A stretch of 57,452 nucleotides of DNA, the filler included, from Bipalium vagum (lineage: Eukaryota), in NCBI GenBank assembly GCA_037834085.1. It is 3 parts of 3 records of this genome, joined end to end, with 100 filler letters (N's around TTAATTAATTAA, not from the genome) between each part and the next. Parts side by side here need not be neighbours in the genome. Positions count along the whole stretch, not along the records: positions 20,417 to 39,696 come from JBBMKC010005791.1; positions 39,797 to 57,452 come from JBBMKC010056925.1; 1 more part is not named here. One strand, written 5' to 3'. Made by a program: the position numbers and the translations under genes. Shown in pieces: positions 38,471 through 51,878 of this stretch. Numbering within the stretch: the stretch's first letter is position 1; every line of letters begins with the position of its first letter. The notes under the pieces were generated by a model. The model had not been told where the DNA came from. It did no database searches and saw only the letters and a list, made by a program, of their open reading frames with translations.

Positions 38471-39625
38471 ATATAATTAAGTACGGATATTTTAAGTATT
38501 AGATAATAAAAGATAAGGAAACAGAGCTTGAAAATAAAATGCCTACCTTCTTGGAGTATAGCCAGTAGACATTCGATCATTTCTAGTGAGAATAAGCAGT
38601 GTATTTCGAATTATGTATTTACGAGAACGGGGACATCTCTTCCCGCTAACAATTATCAGAATAGTTTTATTTGTTTTCATTTTTATTTGGAAAATTCTCA
38701 GTTAGGATTTTAAGAGCTCAATGGCAACCACGACAGAAGTTACATCTTTTGGAGAAGGAGTCAGAATTTCAAGCCAAACATTGTCCACATGATAATGGAA
38801 CCTGAATTAATTATAGAAGCTGTAGATTTCTATTGACTGCGGAGAGAGACTGTACAGTATAAATAATTTAGTATAAAAATTTTGTTTGTCTCTGTCATGG
38901 ATAATAATACACTGTTTCTTCTATTGACAAACGTCTCACAACAGTCGGGAAAATCAAACAAGTTTTTTGTTTTATCAGCAGATGCGAGTGATTACAAAAC
39001 AAAGGCTTTAAAAAATATTTAAAAATAATTGCACTACCTTCACAGGCTTCGTATGATTTTTTGCTGAATAAAAAATAATTAATTTTGTTTATTCATATCA
39101 CAAATCTATTTATTATTCATTAAAACAAATCTTTATTCTGAGCTTTATCACAATTCCGTACATATTTACAAATAATAATATGTAGAAATGCATTTTTTGT
39201 TTTAATTATACAAAAATTAAAATTAATTATCGTTATACCAACTTCGCTTTTATGGTTCATTTATAATTTTATTTATTATTATTATTATTATTATTTATTC
39301 CTTTATATTATTTGATAAATATTTTATCCTAGAAATACTTTTACCATTAATTGTTTTGTCAACATTAAATGATAGCTTCATTGTGATATTCTTGACTATT
39401 TACTTAAGAATATAATGTTGAGCACCATCTGCTGACATCTGTTGTACCTTATAATTCTCTTATGCACGTAGTTTCCACTGGATTAAGTTATACTTAGTTT
39501 TTTTAATAATATATTTTAAAAATCCGTTTACCGAGCACACACATTTATTTAAGTATAAAAATAAAGTAATATTATTATATTTATTAGAGATAAAATAAAT
39601 AGAGATCTTTAATTACCGAAAACAT

Positions 39626-39626
<1 letters not shown>

Positions 39627-39696
<70 letters not shown>
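39627..39696. repeat. (ATT)n microsatellite ending the contig
   Basis: About 23 perfect ATT units. Similar (TAA)n tracts at 12394-12451, 13149-13179 and 23611-23647. Confidence 0.95.
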
Positions 39697-39796
39697 NNNN
39701 NNNNNNNNNNNNNNNNNNNNNNNNNNNNNNNNNNNNNNNNTTAATTAATTAANNNNNNNNNNNNNNNNNNNNNNNNNNNNNNNNNNNNNNNNNNNN
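39697..39796. other. Artificial assembly spacer (44 N + TTAATTAATTAA + 44 N)
   Basis: Identical to 20317-20416. Confidence 0.95.
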
Positions 39797-39799
39797 TAA

Positions 39800-39918
39800 A
39801 GTATACAGGTTTTCAATTAACACAGGTGACAATAACTTATATTTACAGTGTACGGAATTAAATGTTCAAATAAGAGGTGTTCAGCTAACAAAGGTGTTCA
39901 TTTATGCCGGTTTCACTG
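39800..39918. mobile_element. pogo/Tigger-type terminus with subterminal repeats
   Basis: Reverse complement reads TA-CAGTGAAACCGGCATAAATGAACACC, and AGGTGTTCA is repeated inside. Confidence 0.6.
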
Positions 39919-40979
39919 TAATACCATAAAATAATTAACTCTCAGGAATATGTGGGCACAATGTTTATATTTTATCTGTTTGAGGCAAAAATTATATTGA
40001 CAATATAAGATAATATTAACATTAATTTTAATTGCACAAAAAATTAATGGATTATAATTTTTATAAAAAAAATCATCTTTAAATGAGATCTTCATTGAAA
40101 TTAGCATCTTTTTATAAACGTATACTTCAGAGAAAAGAGGTATATTTTTTTAAAATATATTCCATAGAAATTTTATTGCTTCCATGATCTATTAAATAAA
40201 ATTATAATTATCGGGAAATAATTATACACCAAATGAAATAAAATTGGCCTCACCCATAAAGTGAAAAAAACAATAAAAAATTATATCCGAAAGCTTATGA
40301 TTATGTATTCCAAATACATTGATAAGGGAAAACATGTCATAACAATAATAAATATATTGATAACAAAGATTTTATGGACAGAAAAGTTGATTTTAACATA
40401 GAAATAAAATTGATCTCACATTACACTTTCTTTAAACCATGTGCTATAATGAGTCTAATATGTACAAAAACTAATTTTTATCAATAAAATGAATCACTTA
40501 ATATTTTTTGCCATCATCATAAAGTCGATATGGCATACTGCAGACAAACTTACAAAGGATATCCGATCTAATACCACTCCACAGCTCAATGCGGTTTTCA
40601 GAATCGATAATATTGTCATTTGCGTTGACTACTTGATAATTGATTGCGTGTCATTTTGAGAATCGTGTTTGCGTTAATTGTGTGTTTTAGTTGTTTACTT
40701 GTTTGAGTAATAAATTATATTTTTTATTTTGTGAGTTATTTTCCCATATAGACATTGTAAATCTACCAGTGATAAAAGTGAAGACGTCTTGTCAGTAATA
40801 TAATGCATGTTCTCGGAAAAATAAAGGACTTAAGACGATATCCAGCATCTAGTTTCCTTTTAATACCTCCAGATTTTAATTTTTTTGATAGACTCAACAC
40901 AGAATTACTTGACTTGGATTTCATAAGAATTTTAAAGCATTCTGTAAACCCTTAACTAATTTTTGATAAAATTTTACAT

Positions 40980-41562
40980 TTCAGATCAAACCTTGAATAG
41001 AAAGATAATACCTGAATACATTTCTTGATATTAATATCCAAATCAGGATATGGAATATATTCCCAAAAACTGAGACAAGATGTACTTCACTAATTTGTAA
41101 TTAAATATATGTTGTCATAAAAGTTAATGTAATTATTAATAAAAATAAGTTCAATTCAAATGTTACATTTTTCAAACGAGTAATAAAAGTAAAAGAAATA
41201 AAAAATATATTTTAAAACGTAAGCTAAATTGTATTGCTCTTAAATAAAGACAAGGGGGTCATAATTGACGAAAATAATAAACATAATTTTATTTTTGACT
41301 TTTTTGAAACTACACTAAAATCTTTCAACTGGCCTCTTCATGAAATTCATATGACATGTAAAATAATGTATAATAGTGTAGATGCTGACACAAAAATACC
41401 CACCAAGCATGCCAACCTGCGTAATTCTGGCAATAAGATCGATAGAAGTGACAATATCACCCATATGATTACCATCACTATGAGATCATTTTTTGATATG
41501 TCAATATTCGGAATATAGGAATTTCCAAATGAAATAAGCATCCTCCAGGCTATCAATAAAAC
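40980..41562 (-). pseudogene. Degraded multi-pass membrane protein gene fragment (transporter-like)
   Basis: Hydrophobic frame LIVMVIIWVILSLLSILLPELRRLACLVGIFVSASTLLYIILHVI*IS*RGQLKDFSVVSKK... after an AG, plus a second hydrophobic block near 41100-40990. The family is not securely recognised. Confidence 0.3.
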
Positions 41563-42289
41563 TAATCAATATTTTAATTGAATTTTCAAATTTTAAAAAT
41601 TATAATCTATAAGAAAATTCTCTAGACTGTCGATTACAGAATTTATACAACTCTTTCATCTGTGGTAATGTTTTAATGGTATGATAAAGAATCATATGCA
41701 GTAATGGAAAAGGTATTCGTACACTTCATTTTTAAGCTGAAACAGGTTTATATTATCAGAATCTTAGGTTTTCAATAAATCAATAAAAAAACGATGAAAA
41801 GTTAGAAACAATTTTTATTTACTTATTCCTACACTTAACTTTTGAAAAGAAAGAATTTTCGACACCTATATTCTATTTGATGCTTTGTATGTCTTCTAAT
41901 ATTGTTAATTATAGCTTGGAGTGTTCTAGGCATTGATTCCACTATTGGCTTGCTGGTTTCAAATATAGTTTCCGGTCATCATTTCACCAAACCTTTAATT
42001 AGCTCTTTTCTGGATGAAAATCTTTTTTTGCTGTAAATTCTCTGTAGGATTAATATCTGGTGATTGTCGGGGAATATTTTTCTGGCCATGTATAGCAAAA
42101 TGCCTTTGTTATTTCAGTAGCATGATTCAGATCATTGTCTTATTGGAACAAGTAATGTAATTCTTCCATTTCTTACTGTTTATTTTTTTTAAAATGATAT
42201 TTCAAAATAATGTTGTTGTTTATCTGCAGTACAGTTGAGGAGTTATTAATTTTATGTTGCAATTTTTAAAAATGATTATGAATTACTTT

Positions 42290-42600
42290 CAATTTAATAT
42301 TTTAGATCTAAACATTTCAGGTTGAAAAAGGCCATTTGCTGGAAGCGTTGCTCTGTGTATTCAATTTGAAGAAAAAGGCTGACTATGCACAGGAATTGAT
42401 TTTAGAGGCTTATGGTTATCATATTTATCAAAAAGAACATGTCAAATATAGGGTAAAAGATTTAAAACAAGAGAGTTTGGTGTGAATGATAAAAACCATG
42501 GATGACCACCAAAATAATTAAAAACACTGAACTGCAAGGGTTAAGGACGAAAACGATGCTCAATACACAAGAACAATTGCCTGCGTTACTGATTGTTATA
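42290..42600 (+). mobile_element. mariner transposase N-terminal remnant
   Basis: HLLEALLCVFNLKKKADYAQELILEAYG..SKRTCQI*GKRFKTREFGVNDKNHG*PPK is a Mos1-like HTH and linker. Confidence 0.75.
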
Positions 42601-42829
42601 AAATTTGATGGACATAAATTTTGAATTTTCCTATTTCTGATGAACCAAGTTTGAAATTCACGTTAGAAAACAAATAAGGAAAGAAATAGGTTTTTAAAGT
42701 TATATTTTCATCTGCTTTTATATGTTTTTAATTTCAAAAACTATAATTTCTTCTAAAGTATATACTGATTGTTATAAAGAAAAGTTAGATTTCCATTTTG
42801 TTACGCTATTATTTACTATGAACACTGTG

Positions 42830-43628
42830 GTAACACTTAGCTCGGAAAGTTTACTGACCCATCACTTTTGTCAATACGTGTACGCAAATGAATAAGTCAA
42901 ACAACAACGAACAACACTTTATTGCTAAAATAACAATAACAAAATGTTTCAAATAATTAATAAAATGTCTACAATCAATCAAACTGAAAATCAACGTCAA
43001 GAATAATAATCAATTAAATTAAAATCAAATGATAAAACACAAATATCAATTAAATGTCAGTAAGGATTAAATATCAATTAATTTAAAAAGAAAAAAAACA
43101 AAATCACGATACTCTCACCACTTGTGACGACAGGTCCAAAGATGGTTTGCTTAGTCAAATCTGGACCGCTCAGAAACCCCCTAACAGCACAGAGTCCATT
43201 GTGACCTCATGTCACAGAGAGGGCATAAAGAATTGATACTGTTAAAGGCTTCCAACGTCTCGTGAATTCGGTTTATTTAAACGTCTCGTAGAATTTTGTG
43301 GCAATCCACTGCGAATTCCAACTCCTTATATACCATTCTAATCAGTCGTAGATCAGTTTGATTAATGGGGAATGTCGATTCCATTTTTAGATCGATATTT
43401 CTAAATCGGTCCCTCCTTGCGGACCCTGATCTAATCTTGGCAATTTAGATTCGCCATTGTCAAGATTAGATTACTTAAAAATAAAAATTAATTGCCCCTT
43501 TTTGGTTTTTAATGTACTTTTTAATTAATTTATTATTATTATTTTATTTTAATTCTGACCCTTTTGTGGTCTTAATAATTAATTTATAATAATGATCACT
43601 AATCTAGACCCTATTGCGGTCTCTAACA
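42830..43628 (-). mobile_element. 5' LTR (43628-43123, 506 bp) + PBS + leader of an LTR retrotransposon, truncated
   Basis: Minus strand starts TGTTAG and ends GTCACA, followed by AG-TGGTGAGAGTATCG (PBS-like). TATATAA at about 43330 precedes AATAAA at about 43275 in U3-R order. Confidence 0.75.
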
Positions 43629-44803
43629 TATGCTTTTACAAGGGTTTACAGGAATGTGTCCTTAGCTAACCCAACAATTTTTATTTGTTGCTGTTGCTGC
43701 AGATAAATAATCAAATTTTTTTGTCTTGGTTATAATAATTATTATCAAAATTTAAATTTATAAATTTTTTAATAGAAAATTAACATTTAATAAAAATGTG
43801 GAAGGTAAAACATACAATGGCTTATTCAATGTAAAGGTTGAAGATAACAATTTTTCTTTTTCTAAATTAATAATAAAATATTTATTTTTCTTTCATGTTT
43901 ATTGTAAAAATAATTAAATTCCCTGTTATAATTAAATTTTCCTATAATAGTTGATATGATTTTAGAATATACATTCTCTCTATCTGATTTTGAAATTTTA
44001 AATAATATTAAAACATTTGTATTATTCCTTAAACTTCTTAACATTAATTCATAAAATTATTGAGATAGATATATTACAGAACATTTATTATGTCTTCCTC
44101 TTGAAAATACATTTTCATAATATGTTGATTTTTCATTATATTTTAGAATTTTCATTATCTTTTATAGTATAATCATTAATTTGCCTTCCATGTTTATAAC
44201 AAAAATTTGAAAGTCTTTAAAACTTTACATTGTAAAGAATATTAAAAAGATTTTAAAAATATGCATATTTATTTTAATTTTTCATCTTTTAAAACAGGAT
44301 GGAAAAATATAATTTTTTATATTTAATATTACCACTAATTTCTTTATATTTATTTGATTATTTTTCTTCATATTAATAATTATAATTAAAGAAATATCTT
44401 GTAAGTGAACCCTGCTGCTTTAAAATCCTATATAATAGGAATATTATGACGGTTCCTTTGTGGAGTATCCAACAATGAAAACATTTTTGGACAATTCTTT
44501 TTGTGATGTTTTTATTTTTTTAAGATTTTTTGTAATATTGGCTCCTCAAATTAAAGACTAATACAATTATTATTAGTAGTATTTTAGTATTTACTATTAA
44601 TTATTAAATTATCAATACAAAATTACCAAAAAACAAATAAAGAATTTATATAGAAAATAGAAATTACTATAAATAGAAATTATTGTAAATAAAATAATTT
44701 TTTAAAAAATAGAATTTAGGTATCACACTTTGAATCAAATCTTTTCAATTTTAAATCGGAAAAGACGAAAAGAATATATCAATTTTTTTTTCAAATAACA
44801 CTC

Positions 44804-46215
44804 TTAACTTATTAAACTTTTCTTAATGAACTCCACTTGCTTGGAAACAAAGTTCTGAATCAATTTTCTGATCTCGCTTTCGATGTCTGACGTGAACCAG
44901 CCAAATTTTTCATGGGGCTCCAATGGAAATGGCGCATTTTTGACAAAATCGGTCACCTCGGGAATATCAATATTACACAATGAATAGAAAATATTGATTT
45001 GTGTTGGCATATTTGTTTCATTGATGAACCAATTGTTTTCCTAAATAATCAAAAAATCAATTTTTCTATTCAATATAATCAATATCAAAATTTCAAGCAA
45101 TTGTTGATTACTTTTATCACAAATTCACTTTTCAATCGAAATTCGGACTGGCAAATAATCCTTTTCAAAAAATCGATATGACCTTGAAAAAAAATCAATT
45201 TACTATAATTATAAACAAAAACACAATAGTTTGTTATACTGGGATTTCCTCGAAATTCAACGACTTGAAATTTTCGCGATTCCGGTTCAGTTTTATATTG
45301 ATAACTTTTCTCTGACCAAGTCCGCTTCCAGGGACCCGATTCCATGTAATTGGCAAAATCGCTTCGTATTTTGATGAACTTGTTCAAAGTCAGCCCTTTC
45401 TCAGCGATAACGTGCTTCATCTGGTTGGCAGTCCACATCGGCCTGTCTCTAAACATCTAAAATCGATAAGGTTTATTTGAAAAATTTTAGTGAGGAGAAT
45501 TTTTTAAATTGGACTCTGGTTCAAATAGAAAAATTCAAAAGGCCTCACTTCTTCCACAATTTTTATCGAATCATCAATCACTTCAGTTTTCATGCTGATT
45601 TCACAAACTGTTGAAGGCTGTGGTTTGTCTATTGTCATTAGATAAAATTGATAAACAACAATGCCATGTACCTGATGAATTGTTTAAAAATTTCAATTCT
45701 ACTGGCCTCTCGTTTTTCGTGAAGATTACTGGAGGAAGAAACATTGTAACATTCGAATACATAAAATTTTCAAATTCATTCATGTTCAGTATTGGTTTAT
45801 TGAGCATTATTTTGTCGTAGAAAACATTGCAAGTCTGAGAATTTGTGACCGATTCATGGGGATTGAATTGATAGTCGCATAGAATGTTGAATTCATATAT
45901 GTTATTTACCTTCCCTAAAATTTCTGGAATTATTTTAATTTCCCCAGTTTTCCTATTTCTTAATTGCTTAATTTTTACTAAAACACCATGAGTTTTTACA
46001 CATTCACCAATTAGTGGTTTGGAATATATCATGTCGGGTCTTAAATATAAAGATATGCGTTTATTACTTTGGTACATATTACGTCTTAGCAGTTCCAGTA
46101 TAGTTTCTAATCCACCCAAAGATTTGAGAGCTTTTTCCTCATTTTTTATAATAAGAGGATAGTTAATTAGTGTGAATTCAGTTGACGGTACTGTCAATAT
46201 ATTTATATTTTCCAT
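44804..46215 (-). CDS. GTF3C5: General transcription factor IIIC subunit 5 (tau95/Tfc1/TFIIIC63). Exons: 46215-45672, 45628-45549, 45456-45240, 45182-45112, 45040-44804 (382 aa)
   Basis: INYPLIIKNEEKALKSLGG..ISLYLRPD..EILGKVNNIYEFNILCDYQF (Tau95 N domain), MFRDRPMW..YMESGPWKRTW..FQVVEFR and FYSLCNIDIPEV..EKFGW (Tau95 DNA-binding domain). All introns are GT-AG and phase-consistent. Confidence 0.9.
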
Positions 46216-48099
46216 AATTAAATAATTTTAATTGATTAGAAACCATTATTTAAACAATTTAAATCGGTCAAGAAATTTCAATTACAATTTAAAGATCAAT
46301 AAATTTTTTTGATTTTATTTAGAAAGTTTAATACATCTTAAAATTCATGACAACTTAGAACTCCATTTTGTTTTTCATAAAGTTTTGTACTGAAACTTAG
46401 AATTTATGTCGGTGAATTTCCTTTTTTAAGATTTTTATGCAAAATTTGTATACGTGATGAGGCTAAAAGGAATATTTGCAAAAAAATAGTTTAGAATTTA
46501 ATTTTTAATTTCAAATATCAGTGACAATAAAATTTCAGCTTCTGAATTAAAGAGGAAGTTATAATTGAGATTAAAAACTAACTATGACATTGAAAAACTT
46601 AAATTCTATTAAGTAATACTTAATCAAATTTTCGGACTTGTATATTTGTAGAGACACAACTCCGTTGAACCCACCGATTGACGATGATAGTTGAGCCATT
46701 GGCCTCAAGCTGAATTCTTCTTTAAACATTGTGTTATCGCGTCTGCATGACAAACTCCTGTTGACGATACACACTTCTCTTAAAAATGCAACTTGCATTT
46801 GCGGGATCACTACAATTTTCAGAAGGTATTTCATAATTTATCGAGGGTTAAGTTTGAGAACTGGCTCTCATTGATATTATCATTAGCTATCTTTTGAAGT
46901 CTTAATTTGTTTTCCTCAATCAAGCTCATTGTGTTTTTAAGTGTTTAAGAGAGTTCGACTAACTTTTCACCAACTTAATGTTATTTCCTGAGACATGAAA
47001 AAAGTTCATTTCAATTTTTATTTAACTAGATAATGATCTATTTATGTACACAAAGTAGTCCTTTTCTTCTGTATGCTTTATAAACCAAGGCTCTAACACG
47101 TTTATTAAAGTTATTACAAAGTGTGGGAACATGGATTTTGAGATCATTCATAACCTCACATACATGAGTTTCCATTTCGTCAACTGAATTTGAATGAAAA
47201 TTATTACTTGTCTCTTTATTTCAGTATGCAGTAATTCAATTGGGCGGCGCTGAAGTACATTTGTTGGGTTATTAATCTTGATGACAATCTAAAGTTATTT
47301 TGATTACAGATAGCGGAGGACTGGTACTGAATAGCCTGAGGAAGCTTTATCAGACCAGAGTGACATTTTTGATAAAAGAGATAACGTGCTGTTAGATATA
47401 AAGAGCTTTGTTTTTTTGCCTCTGTCTGCTAAGACATACCACAGCCATACCACACAGACATATCAAATTCTGTTTGCAACAACATTTGTAACCATGTTCA
47501 ATAAACGTATGTTAAGAGACAATGATATTTAATAATTTTATTAATCAAAAATGTAACCCACAGAATGACCTTTGAAACAATATAGCACGAGTGACATGCA
47601 AAAAATTACATAAATTTTAGAGGCTAGCAAAACACGTGTCTACGAATTAATTACGTTAAGTTAACTCTTAGAATTAAATTTATAGTAGATTGAGAAATTA
47701 CATCCTAATCGACTATTGTCATTAATTGTACCAAACTTAAATTTGAATAAACCAGTCCATAAACTAAAATTAAATGTACAAAAGTTCAGCATTTACAGAT
47801 AAGACTGAACCCAAGTGAAATTCAAAATAAATATAGAAGTTTCATTCCGATGCAGAACTAAAAATATTTTGGTAAATTGCTTTTTATAAAGAAATTACCT
47901 GGTAGTTATGAAGTTTACCCTTCCAAAATTTTGAAACGACGTATTTTTAATAAGGGGCAATCTTATGACAGAACATAAATTCAAACAGTTCTGTATTTTT
48001 GATTTTATATTTTTAAAAAGTGAGAGTTTCACTGAAACTCAGAGAACAGAAAGAAAGATAAAACAAAAGAGTACCATATCTTCAGTGCAGTAAATTTCC

Positions 48100-48620
48100 A
48101 GCAAACTAGTTGTTTTAATAAATATGTGCAATAATGTAGACATTCAGAAGAGAAGCGAAAGGACATTGATACTGCTTTACACCATATGAAAGCAGAGAGA
48201 ACCTCTCCGAGCATAAGAAAGCCAAGTTCTGCTTCAGGTTCATCAATTAGAACTGTTTGTACGTATTTGAGACGTTAATTGAAATTATTTCCTTATAAAT
48301 TCACTATTTGGCAGTCTCTCTCATAAACATTAAGCAAATCGTTATGCCTTTTCCAAACTCTGAAAATGTTTGACATTTCCAGAGGATTTCTTAATGAATG
48401 GCCTGTCCAAAGCCCTGATCTGACACTTGGAATTCTGCTTGTTATCATTCTTGAAAGGAAAGGCTTATCCAATCACCCAAGTAGTCTTGAAATACTGAAG
48501 GGACATATCATACAAGCTGTGCAGAGCGTGACAAAAGAAGAGCTTTAAGAAGCTGTGGAAAATATAACTCATAGGCTGTAACTATGTTTGACAAATGAAG
48601 GTAGACACTTCAAATAAAAA
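48100..48620 (+). mobile_element. rosa/DD41D-type transposase remnant
   Basis: EWPVQSPDLT, PSSLEILKGHIIQAV and a terminal CLTNEGRHFK*. Confidence 0.7.
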
Positions 48621-48815
48621 TTTGATTGATATGCACATTCGTTTTTTGTAAATGTTTTGATAAAATAAAAAGTATTTTGTAACTCAATTTTGTCAAAAAA
48701 TAAATCCACATTTTGATCTTTTTTTTGAAAATGTAAAATTTTTAGGAATTTATTATCTGTAGGAAGAATAAAAAATCATTTTTTTCAAATTAATAGTTTG
48801 AATACACAATAGCTA

Positions 48816-49253
48816 TTGGGTCAACATGTAAGTAAGTAATGTCGTTTTTTAATAATTATTATTCAATCAATAAGTAATTTGTTTAAATATATCAAATTAA
48901 TATTTTTTTTGGGTGAATTTACGAAGTTTAATGTTTTAATATTTTTTGAATAATTTGATTATATGCATTAAATCTGTAGAAATGGCAGAGGAAATAACAA
49001 ATGAAAATCATATACGCCATTGTATTGCTATATGAATTTCGACATGATAAACGGCAGCAGAAGCTACTAGGCCAATCAAGACTTCTTCGATTCCAAACCA
49101 CAGGATTTTTATAAAGATGGCCTTAAGAAATTAGTTTCTAAATGGACTGACATGGTAGAACACAATGGTGCTTATTTATTTAATATATCTGTTCTGCGAC
49201 TTCTTTTGTTATTTAAAGTTTTCCATAAAAAACTACATTATGTGTCGACCTAA
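48816..49253 (+). mobile_element. Internally deleted mariner (MITE-like, 438 bp)
   Basis: TA-TTGGGTCAACA... and complement TA-TTAGGTCGACA... TIRs. The N-terminus ENHIRHCI-YEF..AAEATR is fused directly to the C-terminus IKDFFDSKPQDFYKDGLKKLVSKWTDMVEHNGAYLF*. Confidence 0.85.
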
Positions 49254-51459
49254 TAATTGAAAATCGTCATTCGTGGGACTATGTGAGTCATCGGAATTTT
49301 GAACTGCATTAACTGAATTAATTATATTTATTTGTTATTGTTCATATTTTTCTTTAATGTTAAAATTTTAGTTTCATAGTGATAGTGTGAGTACTGTGAG
49401 TAAACAACTTTGTGAAAAGGGACTATGTTCGTATACACCTGTGCCGAAACCGAAATTGAACCTAAGATTGAAAGGACAAAGTAAGTGGACCCTCAATCAC
49501 TTATAGCAGATATTAGATTACTGATCTTCCATTGCCTTCAGAAATGAGAGTAGGTATTCATCAAGTACTAATGCTTTTCAGTACGTTTGCCGACATGATT
49601 TAATGAAACATTAGTACTTACTTATGTGAATTGAAGCAGAATCAATATTATGATCTATGATGTTCTGGCTGTGGATGACTATACACCACCGTGTCGAGTT
49701 AAAGGTGAAGCGTTGAATTCAGAAAGATACTAAAAACTTCGTAAATCTGGTCCACTGCAATCTATACATAAACTCCTATCAAATGGAAGTCAATTTCTTT
49801 TATTAATAGTGCTTTTAATATAATGGTTTTATAAAAGATAAATTTGTATTTTAACTATATAATATTTATAACTGAAGCTTAATTATGAGTACTATTACTG
49901 GAATACAGACAAAATTTATCTTTGTAACTGGTACCCCGATTCTTTAAATTTTGTTAAAGTCATTAACCTTGTAAAGGTCCTATCATGAATTCAAAACTTA
50001 CCCAACAATACATTTTTTTATTTAATACAATGGTATTGTCAATAAAAGTTATTTAATAAATGATGACAGTATATATAAATTTTATAATTAATAATGATAG
50101 AATAACATTATAATTAATATGTATTAAAAGACCGCATTCTAATTTAAGTGTGAATATTTTTTCGGAAATATTCAACGAAAATAATAAAAACAAATTTAAT
50201 AAATCAGTAAACAATATATTAAAGTTAATGTGAGTAAAATCATTAAATCAACAATATAACAGAATGTCAAAATTTTTAAAATAAATAGGATAAACGTAGC
50301 ATTTAAAATCGTTAAATTTGAGACTATCTGTGTTGGAAGCCTACTCAAGGTGCACTCTCAAACAACTTGATAAATGCCACAAAAATAGTCACGGATCAAA
50401 TACATAAATTTGAATAAATAAGAATCCAAAAATTATTTCTAATACATTTTCACTAGTAATAAAATCAAATCAAAGAAAAATATTGCTATCTCAATAATCA
50501 AACCGTAAATATCACAAGAAACTATAAACATCATTATACAATTGACATGACCTGTTTAAATGTTTACCCAATTGCCATCATTAGTAAAACAGATCAATGC
50601 TAGAGCATCTCTTGTTAATTTATTGTACACAAAATTCAACGCAAAATATCATACAAATTTATCTTATATAGTAGTTATAATTACTTATATATACAAGTTT
50701 TTTTCTCAGTAGCCATATAACAGAAAGAAAAATAATTGAAAGATAAATTAAACTAATCCCCATTTTGAACTATTTTCCCTTCAAATTACATAAACTTTTA
50801 ATAATGAGCTGAAGTAAATTAGATCCAAACAAAAGACGTTATTATCGACCATTTTTATAAGATCAAAAAATATTATTTTAAAAAAAATTAAAATTTTAAC
50901 AAAATAAAAATAATTAATAATAGAAATTAAACCAATAATATATTCTTCAATTCACTTAAATATTATTTTCATTCTTTTTCAGAAATTCGGAAACCATCTA
51001 CAAAATCACATTATTTTTATTCATTTTTCAGCATAGCTTTATAAGATTTTTAATTTCATATTATCCATAATGACATAAACACAACTAGGCACTCCAGCAT
51101 TAATCCACGGCACATTTTTCAAAATATATATCTATATATATTTATATATGTTATACAAATATTCATGTATAAAATATATTTATAATTTATTTTACTGATA
51201 ATTAATTTATTTCATTTGCGTGAAAGAGAGAGATTGATTGAACTGGATGTTCAGTAGGTCAAAATTTGGTATTGCAACTGAGATTTTGTTGTAAAAGAAA
51301 TAGAGAAATAGAAACAATTGCAAAATTCTGAAAGACGTGAAAATACTTTGGATGGTTTGTCTCAAGAAAATGCAAAAAAACAAACCCATTTGTCTATATA
51401 TATCTAACTCAATTATTCTTTCTGAGCCAATTTCACAATATTGACCACCGACATTCTAC

Positions 51460-51878
51460 TCATTTACTAATGAGGCCAGAAATATTGACATCGTCTTCGT
51501 CGAAGTCGAAATTTGAAATTACGTTTTTGTCGAAGGACTTGTTGTCGTCACTGGATGATCCGTCATCTTTGAAATCAGACTTTTCTGAAATATCGTTGTC
51601 AATGGTATCGGAAATCGGTACAATTTTTGAATTGTCATCTTGAGTGGAGTTTGATGTTGTCGGACTTGTATTGTTAGTCAAACGATTTTTATCTCTATTC
51701 TCTGGATTTGATGATAACTTTTTTATGACAGAACTCGATGGAGCTGGTAAAGAAAACATCGATTTCAAAGACTGCTTAGTGCGCATCACTTGCAAAGAAT
51801 GTCGAAAACACTGTTTTATTCTCGAAAACACGAGATTGTCGAATAAACTTCTGGCAACATTTGTCATGGAGAATGGCT
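51460..51878 (-). CDS. TENT2: GLD-2/TENT2 terminal exon
   Basis: tttttag|AG CCA TTC completes IE-E-PF with the phase-1 donor at 55597. Acidic S/D-rich tail, ends TGA. Confidence 0.82.

Noticed and set aside
50200-50320. Penelope-like element fragment (RMSKFLK*IGINVAFK)
   Set aside because: A single short motif with no RT or GIY-YIG core nearby. Too weak to call.
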